NCBI RefSeq assembly: GCF_030684315.1
Contig: NC_081394.1
Coordinates: 13,312,658 to 13,376,657, forward strand
DNA length: 64,000 nucleotides
Origin: Stegostoma tigrinum
Taxonomy: Eukaryota
Direction: 5' to 3'
Position 1 is the first letter of the stretch. Every line of letters begins with the position of its first letter. The translations under genes and the position numbers were made by a program. This document shows, piece after piece, positions 24,606-35,674 of the stretch. The notes beneath the pieces were generated by a model, which did not search any database, had not been told where the DNA came from, and saw nothing but the letters and a program-made list of their open reading frames with translations.

Positions 24606-27571
24606 AAAGATATCCAAAACTCTGAACAAAAAAGGATTGTTCTCAACTTAATAGTCACAAAGTGCAAACAGTTAATGTATCTGTGTAACTTTGCATTTTA
24701 TAATGATCTTTCTAAAAGTAATTAATGTAGTGAACATTATAGCAATTAGTTAAAACCAAAAATTTTTATATATTTTCTATACAGACATAATTAGAACAGT
24801 GGCAAATGTAAGAAGAAATCATTGAATTTGATACAGATAGGGCATTGAATACAATGAATAATGGAACTCAAGCAGTCCTAGAGATGAACAAGTCTGCGAC
24901 AGACTAGAATAAGAAAAACTAGTAACTTCGGAAAGTGGATTAATAGGATGCACATGAAGATGCCAAGACCTGGAGATTGCAATGTCTGTTAAAGATGGTG
25001 AGATCATGGCAAACTGAGACTGTCCACAAGAATGCTCATCATCGATTAGGTGCTCATGGGATTGAGTATTACTGATAAAGGGGAAGGACACAATGACTAC
25101 GCTTTGTGATTGTCAGGACACAACATGTATAAAAGTGTTGTATTTCACTGTAAAAATCAGCGTGTGCCATTGATACTTCTTCAGACATGAGCTGTAGATT
25201 AACAGAATGACAGTGTTCTTATGTCAAGGCCAGATTCAGTGAAGATTTTTGGCTCTCTCCCTGCATTAACCTGCTATTGCTTGAATAAGGATAAAGATCT
25301 GACACTTAGCTGAATCCTCCGTGCCTCTCTACTCTTTGTCCCCGGTCACGTATGTACCAAAACCAAGACATCAAGGACGCCATTTGCCTTCTTCATCATT
25401 TTGTCTGAAACTCTACTCTCAAGCAGTTATGCAACTGCACTTCTAGCTATCTTCGTTTTGGAACACTTCCTCGAGACCAACACTTAAAAGTGAATCTCCT
25501 TTGTTGGTATGCCTTACAAAACTGCCATACCTTACAATTATTTAAATTAAATTTCATATGCTACTCCTCGAACCATTGAACCATCTGATCAAATTCTCAT
25601 TGTACACTGAAATAATAATCCTCACTGTCTACACCACCGACTATTTTGAACTATAAGCATATCAGTAGAACGGATTTTGGATCTCATGCGGATACTTTCT
25701 GGAATCTGGCAAATGAAATTATGGGAATAAATGCATTTTTTAAAAGTGGCTTTATGTTGGACGATTAGACAGTTAGTCAGCAGCGTGAGCTGAAACAGTG
25801 AACAGAGTTAGTCATGCTTTGAGAAGAGACCAAGAAACTGGCTGAGAAGTTTTGCAATTTACTAAGCCAAAGAGATACTGACCGGATTCATATCAGCGAT
25901 TTTCAAATACAGAGTGAGAAAGTAATGGGGAAAAGTTACAAATTTCAAGAGGAAGTTAAAAAAAAGACTCACTTTGACGACACAACTGTAAAATAAACAA
26001 TGAGATGATTTAAAATGGCTATGAATGTTGTGTGTAATTTCAACGGTGGAGCAAAAGGGGACCTTAGGTGATCAAATGAAAAATGTGAAGCAGATTGAGA
26101 TGTGTACGCGACACATATCAGTACAAAGAGGGTAATATGTGCTGTTTAGACCCCATTCTATGAGGAGTATTGGGAGAAGGAGTAGATGATGAAGTCTTCT
26201 GAGATTGCTAGCAGATAAGTGGCAAGCTATGGAGAGCAAGGTTTAGCAGAATGAGATCACCCTCTGGAGAAAGGACTGGAGGAATGTTCACCACCCCTAT
26301 CTCCCCCCAACGCCCCCCCTCCCCATCACCACGATGATCATTTGGGGACAAAGTTTAACAGTGCCAGGAGAGCTACAGTCACTGTGGGAAATTACACTTT
26401 CCACCTCTAATGACATTCAACACTCAAGAAATATAAGCAAGTGTTTAGGGAATGATCAGCTTGGGTAGACCTACGGGAACTGCCCCAATTTATCACAAGC
26501 AGCAAATCATGCAAGAGGGAAACTGGTTAGATAATGAGGAGGAGAGGTGAAAAAATAATACTGATGTGTTCCATTCTAGTATACATTCAGCCACCCCTGT
26601 GGCACAAAATGCGAGCAATAGATGCGATAAATTTGGCAGGAGCTACAGTCATGTGGGCTAATACTGGGGGACCTAAGAGGAAATACTTAATAAGAGAGAG
26701 GAAGACTAATCGCCAAAAAGTGCTTGCCGCAAGTATGCAGGAAGTGTTCTGAAGCATATAGGGCCCAAGCTAAAGTGATAAAATATAGCTGTATTTGTTG
26801 ACAACTGGATGTTCTGTATGCTGCGATCCCATGGCAAAGTGGCGTGGCGGTAGTCACATGAGATGTTTGATTCATTCAACAGCAATGCACATACTGAGGT
26901 ACTGGCTCTGAGGAAAATGTCCTGAGCCGAGTCGAAGGAGATGAGAGGTTATAAGTTACAGGGAGGGCGACCAGCATCTCTTAGTAATCACAATGTGGCA
27001 TGGGCACATCAAGGTAAATGACCGACCCAAGGGGAGCATACTGGTCTATCAAACCATCAACACATGTCTTGGTGTGGGCAAGGAACGCCTCCCGTGTTTT
27101 TAAGTAGTGATAGGACCTTTGGAGGCTTCTGCAAGTGTTAAAATTGCAGGAAACAGCACTTTGCCAAAGATTTTCCAAGCCGGCAGAGAGCCAAGATGGA
27201 TTGGACTCATGCACAGCCTTTGTGACTACAGGGACAACAGCACACGCCTCAAGAAATGTGCAACCAATTGAGGCATCAAGTACTTCGAACTCTAACTGCC
27301 ATCATTGTTTCAGGGCACATTAATATTGTTGTGTAATGCCAAACCGGATGGAGACGAGAACCTTAGAAGATGATAGGGTTGGAGGTCATCCTATCATTTA
27401 TTTTTGGAACAAGGGGTTAGTGGAAATTGCACCACCCTGAATACATCCAAAGAAAATGCTAATGATTGGACAAAAGTAAACAGTAATAACCTTGATGATT
27501 GCCTAAAAACAAAGAATTTAACCAGTTTAATCATCCTCCTTAGAGTTGGCTGCAACAGGATTATCTTCCTC

Positions 27572-27912
27572 CATTCATTCATGGCATGAGGGCTTCACTT
27601 GATGGGCAGCATTTACTGCCCATTCCCAATTGCCCAGAGGGAAGTTAAAAGTAAACCACATTGCTGTGGGTCTGGAGTCATATGTAGGCTAGGCCAAATA
27701 AGGATGGAAGTTTTGTTCCCTAAAGGACATTAGTGAAACAAATGGGTTTTCCCAACAATGAACTCAATGTTATCATCAGGTTCTTAATTCCAGATATTTG
27801 TTGAATTCAAATTCCACCATGTATCATTACAGGATTTGCACTTTGCTCACCAAAACGTCGTTTGGTTGGTAAAGTAATAGTCCAGTAATAATATCACTAG
27901 GCTATTGCCTCC
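27572..27912 (-). mobile_element. Deu-domain-like SINE (SacSINE1-like)
   Basis: CAGCATTTACTGCCCATTCCCAATTGCCC...CCACATTGCTGTGGGTCTGGAGTCA...AAAGGACATTAGTGAA...TTGAATTCAAATTCCACCA, with a tRNA-like head at the right end; homologous to 53830-54180 and 61255-61417. Confidence 0.8.
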
Positions 27913-28122
27913 ACAGTTGCTGCTTGCTTATTGCAAGAGGTACATGGGCGATTGAAATCATTACTGCGTGGCTCCCAGTATCACATCTCTTCAGAAGGGG
28001 CACATGGCATGCAAAAAGCATTTCTGGTGGCTTTCTATGTGGTAAAACAATATTGGTAAAACAATACAACATTTTGAGAAGGACCAGTTAACTATTTTGA
28101 TTGAATGTATTGGGGTTAATTA

Positions 28123-28650
28123 TGGTGGTGCCGTGGCACAGTGGTTCACACCGCTGCCTCACAGCACCAGAGGCCCAGGTTCGCTTCCACCCCCAAGAGA
28201 CTGTCTGTCTTCCTCCAGGTGCTCCAGTTTCCTCCCACAGTTCAAAGATGTGCAGATTAGGTGAATTGGCCATGCTAAATTACCCATAGTGTTCAGGGAT
28301 GTTTAGTTGATAATAAAATGTGAGGCTGGATTAACACAACAGGCCCAGCAGCATCTCAGGAGCACAAAGGCTGACGTTTCGGGCCTAGGCGCATCATCAG
28401 AGAGGACTGAAACCTCTCTGATGAAGGGTCTAGGCCTGAAACGTCAGCTTTTGTGCTCCTGAGATGCTGCTGGGCCTGCTGTGTTCATCCAGCCTCACAT
28501 TTTATTATCTTGGATTCTCCAGCATCTGTAGTTCCCATTATCACTGATGTTTAGTTGATTTGGGTTATAAGGGATGGTTCTGCGTGGGATGTTGTGAGGG
28601 CCAGTGTGCACTTGCTGGGCCAAAGGACTTGTTGCCACACTGCCAGGATA
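28123..28650 (+). mobile_element. tRNA-derived V-SINE (HE1-like), interrupted by a palindromic element
   Basis: A-box TGGCACAGTGG (28134), B-box GGTTCGCTTCC (28178), V-domain GTGCTCCAGTTTCCTCCCACAG..AAAGATGTGCAG..ATTGGCCATGCTAAATT, CR1-like tail GGGCCAAAGG. Confidence 0.9.
28312..28545. mobile_element. Palindromic Penelope-derived element with hammerhead-like cores on both strands; 14-bp TSD
   Basis: Arms 28311-28405 and 28413-28507 are inverted repeats around a 7-nt loop; TSD GATGTTTAGTTGAT at 28298-28311 and 28546-28559. Confidence 0.92.
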
Positions 28651-28761
28651 CCATTAAAAAATGCATAACCACTTGGATTCTGATGAATAGATGTATGATC
28701 GACAGCATTGTGAGCCATAGCAAACCACTGGGTGACACTGCCACTACAAGGGAGAAATAAT

Positions 28762-31126
28762 TCAATTAATTCAATCTCTTTCATAATTGCTAAAATTCAC
28801 TAAATCTTGCTTGAAGACGTTCACTTATCACTGGAAGTGACACTAACACTTTGTTTCATTGAGCAAAACTGATTTTCTTTACCTCTTGTCTGATTCTGGT
28901 ATTTGTCTTTCTGTTGTAATTCAGTAGATTCTTTTGAATTAAAAAAGTTCACTTTTCCCTCCACCTGTTCCTGAGTTGCCTCAAACATTTTATCAAACAT
29001 AATCTATGATTATTCCAATTCAACTTCCTTACCGTTATTCCTAATCTGATCTTCCTGCTTCAGCCTGTGGCTTTGTGACCTTATTATCACACAGTCAGGA
29101 AAAATCCCATGATATAATTCCTGTAAAACTTCAGTTGTCTGACTTCCATTGTAATTGCAGCAACAGCATTTCCTACCTGTGATCCGGAAAATCATTACCA
29201 AGGGCAAATTGCATTCTAAGAGCCGTGAGTTCCTCGAGTACTGCTGACACCAATTCTCTACGTTTCAACCAATGCTCCAACGTCATTTCATGTAAGGAAG
29301 CAATTCCCGTCTCACAGTGAATTCCACATATTGTCACTTTTGCTGGCCATAGTCCTTCTGGACGACATGTGTCCTGATCTCTCATCTTCATCCTGTTTAT
29401 TTCAAAATCTTTAATATCATCACCAGCTCCTCCTGAGCTATGCGAGCAGCGCTTACCCTCACAGGTAACTATTTTAAGATGATCTGACGCTTTCTTTCCA
29501 ATCAACCTCTGGCACATTCACATATTCTCGTGCATCTTTTGCACTTACACTCTGCTTTCCTTTGCCACTTCAATAAACTGCACTATGTCGTCCTATTTTC
29601 CAACATCCTTCTTCCCTGTTCTCTTTTCTTAACCACACACACTGTGACTTCACGTGGCCTATTGTGAAGAACTAAGTTATTTTTAAATTATTTGTCTTTC
29701 CCCTTCTGAATTTCCTTTTAAATGCATGCTAAATGATCATCCTTGCCTTAAATGAGATCTATGTTTCCCTTACCACCAGAGGAATTCTCTTTTCCTCAAT
29801 TTTTGTCCTTTAGAGATTGAAATTGATGCCAGAAACCAAACTTTGATGCATGAACGAACTCATAATCATCAGTTACTCCGGAAGCTAGTATTACAAGTTT
29901 TCACTCTCCGCTCTTCCACATGAGTTATCAGTTCTTCCCGAAGTGAATTTTTGAAATCCTCCAAAATTATCACCTGTCCAAGAGTGTCATACGTTTGATA
30001 CATTTTCAATGCTCTTAATCGATATATTCACCAATTAGAATTACTTTGTTTGATCCTATCAAAGCCAATGTACATTTGACTATTGTTCCTCCTTAAATTC
30101 CTGAAATGTTGTGTGTAAGCTTTTGGCACTGCCTCACATTCAGTGAAGATGAAATTAGTGAACTCCTCATACTCGCCAAATATCTCCTTTGAAACTGGTG
30201 AAATTAACTCACGAGTTCTTCCTGCCGACCTTGTTTGGGTCTACATAACCCACATGGTCAATGGGCAAGCTTTCTTTTAGCCATTTTCTCAAATGAAATG
30301 AAAAAAGACTTCTATATCTTTCGTGTCAAACATACAGAATGCTTAGGCACATGTAAACAGATCCCCACATACTTTTAACTACGATGGGATTGCTCGTTAT
30401 AACTGTTCTCTTCAGTAAGCTTTTCTTCTGCCTTCAGCTCTACCCTTTGAAGTCGATTTTATTTTCTCTAGTCGCCAACTTCTGAACTTCAAACTGTACC
30501 TCATTATGCTTTCCTGTTCTCCCTGTCTCTTTTATCTTCTGCGAGGGTCTTCTTCTCCTTTTCTTTTTCTTCTGTTTTTAATTTGAATTCAAACTGTTTT
30601 ATTGCCTTTAGATGTTCAAGCTGCTTCACTGGCACTTGAATTTTAGCTTTTTGCTAGGATTCTGATGGCATTTACAATAAGTTTAAAGTTCAAACAATTG
30701 CTGTGACTACCTTTCCTTTCTCATAGGCAAATGTCACCGAAACCCCAATTTGTTTATCAATTCCAACAGGTCTGCATTGTTCATTTATTGTAAAACTCTC
30801 GGGAAAATTTCTTCCACTCCCGCAGAAACTGTAAAGGAGAGTTTCAGAGATAGTAGCAGCTAAGCATACGTTATTAAGGCTTCCAACCTTTATGGGACCC
30901 TAACAGCTTCTGACTGGTACAGCTAATAAAATAATTGAAAAACATGTTCTTTAAGAGCTGACCACTCCCCTTCTATTGTTCCAAATATTGAAAGAGAACC
31001 TGAAATCCTCATGAATTACTGACGCAAATAGTTTTCCGTAGCCACCTCCACACATCTGCCTTCACAATCTCTCTTCAAAAACAAAGTCCCAGGACAAAAC
31101 ATTTTTGAAGTAACAGAAGCATTACA
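28762..31126 (-). mobile_element. Gypsy (Gmr1-like) 5' portion: LTR, gag, protease
   Basis: Minus-strand DTKDIEVFF.SFEKMAK...LTMWVM (~30245-30325), knuckle GHVKSQC (~29640-29660), protease region ~29400; LTR ends ..ATTACA at 31126. Confidence 0.85.
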
Positions 31127-32969
31127 AGAGAAACAGTCCCCATCTATTTAACAGAAAATAAAGTAATGCATAAGGAATCAAAAATTTAAAAAATGCAAAA
31201 TATGTAACAAAAAAGTGCATACACGAAAAGGACAGTGGTTGGGTCTGAAGGAAAGTTTTTCACCCAGAGAGAGAAATAAATCATATAACTTATTGCTGCT
31301 GTGAGAGATATGGGCAACTAGGGTTGTAAAACGTCTTGGAGATGTTCAAGAAGTTGAGCTGATGGTCATGAATGAGAGTGGACATGGAGGATTATGTGAA
31401 AAAAAAATAATTCTGATATGTTCCTGAAAAAAACGACAAAAGTGTGAAGAAAAGAGGGTTTAGACATGCAAGGGTGGTCCGGGGCCCCTCAATAAATGTA
31501 TATATTAGTTTAATGGGACCTCAACGCGCATCTGCTGGAGGATGATTGTACATCATGGTGATAGCAGATACCTTCAACAAATGGTACTCGAACTGATACT
31601 GCTAAAATCATGGCGAAGGTCCTGTTAGAAAAATTTTTTTGTTTCTTTTTAGGGTTTACCAAAGAGTATTAACTCAAATCAACAGGCACAAGTTATGGCC
31701 CAGTTGATGCAATATTTCATGACACCGCTACTAGAGATAAAACAAAGATTCCAAATATTCAACATGCCCAAACCCAGTCCAATAATTGAAAGGATGAATT
31801 GAACATTGAATAATATGTTGACCCAAATGGTGCATTAGCATCAAACTGCAGTGTTGATGATGAGCTTCCTGTCAACCTGTCAAACGTCATAGGAGCTACA
31901 GTCAGAGCTGTCCATTTCCAGGTTTGATAATTGCTTCATTGTACAGCCTTCTGATTTGTGCTGGCTATTTTAGTGATTGCAGAACCACTCATCAACAAGT
32001 TTCACTCCGGGCTTCAAACCTTAAATTCGTATAATATCTTAGCTAGACAGAGAATCCATATCCGGAAACCTGTGCAGATAAAGGCACTACTTTGGTACCG
32101 GTATGAAAAGCAGCTAGTCAACCTCCGAAAGATGACAGCAAAAGGTTCAGTCCCAAGCCTGATGGCCCGAAATTTGTTGAGAAATGTGCACCTTAATTCG
32201 ATGAACATCTTTCAATTAGAAAATGACCGCCTAAGTAAATTCCCAATTAAATATCTGTTTTAATTTTTAGGAATTTCTGGCGCCTGTCAAAGGAGCCAAA
32301 GCTAACTTGATTGTTGACTAGGATGCAATTCAAAAATCCGAAAGGGCTTTTGCAAAACGTGTGAAAGGGGAGGCACTACTCAGAAAGCTGCACAGTAAAG
32401 CAATAATCAAACCAGGAAATTGGCAGCTCCAAACGAAGCTACTCTGCAGGGTGACAGATTGGTTTGCCTGTATGCATATTATGAACAATCGGTATAAAAC
32501 ATCTGGCAGCTAGTTACAACAACAATCTCTCCTATAGAGGACTTACATACAAAACAATGGGTGATGTGTGGTGGGCTGTATTATAGGGATCTAAACATCA
32601 GCCATTCATATCTTTAATTGCTGTTAGATGAAAACTCGAGGAGTATGCGCTTATTAATACCAATAATATTCTGTACCAATATATGAGACTGTCACTGGGG
32701 CATCATCAGCATGTGTTGATTTACACTGGCGGATGGAGAGTATGTCACAAGGTCTTCCCAAGATCACCATTTTACCCAATACCTCACTAATTAATTGGAA
32801 GCCCAATACAGAGCTTTAGAGAACTTAGATATAGTCCTTTCACGTTTCACCAAGGCAGGGGCACTCATTAGAATGGGGCAATGTGTGTTCCAGGCACCCC
32901 ATTTGTCTTAAGTGGAGTAGTGAGTTAATAAAACAGGGATACAACTTTTGATGGATAAAGAAAGGAATA

Positions 32970-35420
32970 AGTGAGAGAGACAGGGTAGTTGTCATGGGGG
33001 ACTTCAACTTTCCAAATATTGACTGGGAACACTATAGTTCAAGTACTATAGATGGGTCATTTTTTGTCCAGTGCGTGCAGGAGGGCTTCCTGACACAGTG
33101 TGTAGATAGGCCAACAAGGGGTGAAGCCACATTAGATTTGGTACTGAGTAATGAGCCCGGCCAGTGTTAGATTTGGAAGTAGGTGAGCACTTTGGTGACA
33201 GCGAACACAATTCTGTTATGTTTACTTTAGTGACGGAAAGGGATAGGTGCATACCACTGGGCAAGAGTTATAACTGGGCGAAAGGCAATTACGATGAGAC
33301 TAGGCAAGATTTAGGGAGCATAGGATGGGGAAGGAAACTGTAGGGCATAGGCATATTAGAAATGTGGAGCTTATTGTGTGTCCTACATAAGTATGTACCC
33401 GCCAGGCAGGGAGGAATCTGTATAGCGTGGGAGCCATGGTTTACAAAGGGGGTGGAATCTCTGGTCAAGACGAAGAAGAAGGCTTATGTTAGGATGAGAT
33501 GTGATGGCTCAGTTGGGGTGCTTGAGGGGTATGAGGTAGCCAGGAAAGACCTAAAGAGGGAGTTCAAAAGAGCCAGGAGGAGACATGAGAAGTTGTTGGT
33601 GTACAGGACCAGGGTTAAACCTAAGGCTTTCTATAGGTATATAAGGAATAAAACAATGACGAAAGTAAGATTAGGGCCAATCAAGGATAGTTTTAGTAAC
33701 TTGTGTGTGGAGTCAGAGGAGATGGGGAAGCACTAAATGAATATTTTTCAACAGTATTCACTCCAGAAAATGACAATGTTGTCGAGAAGAATACTGAGAT
33801 ACAGGGTATTAGACTACGTGGGATTGAGGTTCACCAGGAAGAGGTATTAGAAATCATACAGAGGGTGAACTAGATAAGTCCCCTTGGCCGGATGGGATTT
33901 ATCCTTGGATCCTCTGGGTAGCCATGGAGGAGATTGCTGAGCCTTTGGCATTGATCTTTAACTCGACATTGTCTACAGGAAGAGGGCCAGATGACTGGAG
34001 GATAGCAACTGTGGTTCCCCTGCTCAAGAAGGAGACTAGAGACAACCCTTGTAATTATAGACCAGTGAGCCTTACCTCACTTGTTGGTAATGTGTTGGAA
34101 AAGGTTATAAGGGATAGTATTTATAATCATCTAGAAAAGAATAAATTGATTAGGGATAGTCAGCACAGTTTTGTTAAGGGTAGGTCATACCTCACAAAAC
34201 TTATTGAGTTCTTTGAGAAGGTGACCATATAGGTAGATGAGAGTAAGTCGGTTGATGTGGTGTATATGGATTTCAGCAAGGCATTCTATAAAGTTCCCCA
34301 CAGTAGGCTATTTTACAAAATGCGGAGGAATGGGATTGTGGGAGATATAGCAATTTGGATCGGAAATTGGCGTGCTGAGAGAAGACAGAGGTTGGTAGTT
34401 GATGGGAAATGTTCATCCTGGAGACCAGTTACTAGTGGTGTACCGCAAGGGTCGGTGTTGGGTCCACTGCTGTTTGTCATTTTTATAAATAACCTGGATG
34501 AGGGCGTAGAAGGATGGCTTAGTAAATTTGCAAATGACACTAAGGTCGGTGGAGTTGTGGATAGTGATGAGGGATGCTCTGGTTTGCAGAGTGACACAGG
34601 TAAGCTGCAGAGCTGGGCTGAGAGGTGGCAAATGGAGTTTAATGCAGACAAGTGTGAGGTGATTCACTTTGGTAGGAGTAACCAGAAGGCAAAGTACTGG
34701 GCTAATGTTAAGATCCTTGGTAGTGTAGATGAGCAGAGAGGTCTCGGTGTCCATGTACACAGATCCTTCAAAGTTGGCACCCAGGTTGACAGGGCGGTTA
34801 AGAAGGCATGCAGTGTTTTAGCTTTTATTAATAGAGGGATCGAGTTCCGGAACTAAGAGCTTATGGTGAAGCTGTACAAAACTCTGTTGCAGCCACACTT
34901 GGAGTATTGCGTACAGTTCTGGTCACTGCATTATAAGAAGGATGTGGAAGTTTTGGAAAGGGTGCAGAGGAGATTTACTAGGATGTTGCCTGGTATGGAG
35001 GGAAGGTGTTATGAAGAAAGGCTGAGGGGCTTGAGGCTGTTTTCGTTAGAAAGAAGAAGGTTGAGAGGTGACTTAATTGAAACATATAAAATAATTAGAG
35101 GGTTGGATAGGGTGGATAGGGAGAGCCTTTTTACTAGGATGGTGACGGCGAGCACGAGGGGGCAATAGCTTTAAACTGAGGGGTGAACGATATAGGCAGA
35201 TGTCAGAGGCAGTTTCTTTACTCAGAGAGTAGTAACGGAATGGAACGCTTTGCCTGCAATGGCAGTAGATTCGCCAACCTTAGTTACATTTACGTCGTCA
35301 TTGGATAAGCATATGGACGTACATGGAATAGTGTACGTTAGATGGGCCTCAGATCGGTATGACAGGTCAGCACAACATCGATGGCTGAAGGGCCTGTACT
35401 GTGCTGTAATGTTCTATGTT
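32970..35420 (+). mobile_element. CR1 LINE, relatively young, most of ORF2 plus 3' UTR
   Basis: Endonuclease RVVVMGDFNFPNIDW; [50 protein letters not shown]; few stops or frameshifts; tail GTAATGTTCTATGT. Confidence 0.97.
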
Positions 35421-35674
35421 GTCTGTACTGTGAAGGATGCTCAAATGTGTTCCATCTCCCATGTGTTTTCTGGAGCTTCGTACTTTCCTCGGAATACTGA
35501 ATGATTCTGTAATTTTCATACAATACATACCTCCATCATGGAACCTTCATGTCTTCTGTTCACAAAAGTGTAGACTTGAAAGTGTTCTCGTCGCTAGGAT
35601 ATTGTCTGTCAGACCGTGAAGAAGCAACTCCTTTCATCAAAGGTGTTGCCATACAATGATCCTAAGATAAAGAG

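Larger units (their letters stand above)
17820..25330 (+). mobile_element. Decayed endogenous retrovirus (gag-pro-pol-env; possible 3' LTR ~24850-25330)
   Basis: Gag knuckle remnant NCGKLG..DCWSPGGG (~18560-18615); protease DTEGS (~19079); RT NSPI*LMKQPDGSYRLTI (~19463), FHNSP (19733), LQYIVIIL (~19811); connection domain ANS*QAKWEAVLL; RNase H MYVD (~20694); INT YHGLAH, PWEDIQMDCIGPF, SDQDMSFTG, MNRMLKDGL; env remnants. TATAAAA at ~25128. Confidence 0.88.
25750..31850 (+). mobile_element. Highly decayed second retrovirus-like/LTR element, interrupted by SINEs and a Gmr1-type insertion
   Basis: RT-like IHPKK.. (~27443); ACKKHF..AFYVVKQ ~ CERHLLAVxWAVK (~28005-28050); DSIVSHS connection-like (~28700); INT-like FNKW (~31573), NSNQQAQV ~ SDQG (~31670) and IIERMN*TL (~31783). 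Confidence 0.5.

Noticed and set aside
28123-28195. tRNA gene (A and B boxes)
   Set aside because: Continues into a V-domain and LINE-like tail, so it is a SINE head.
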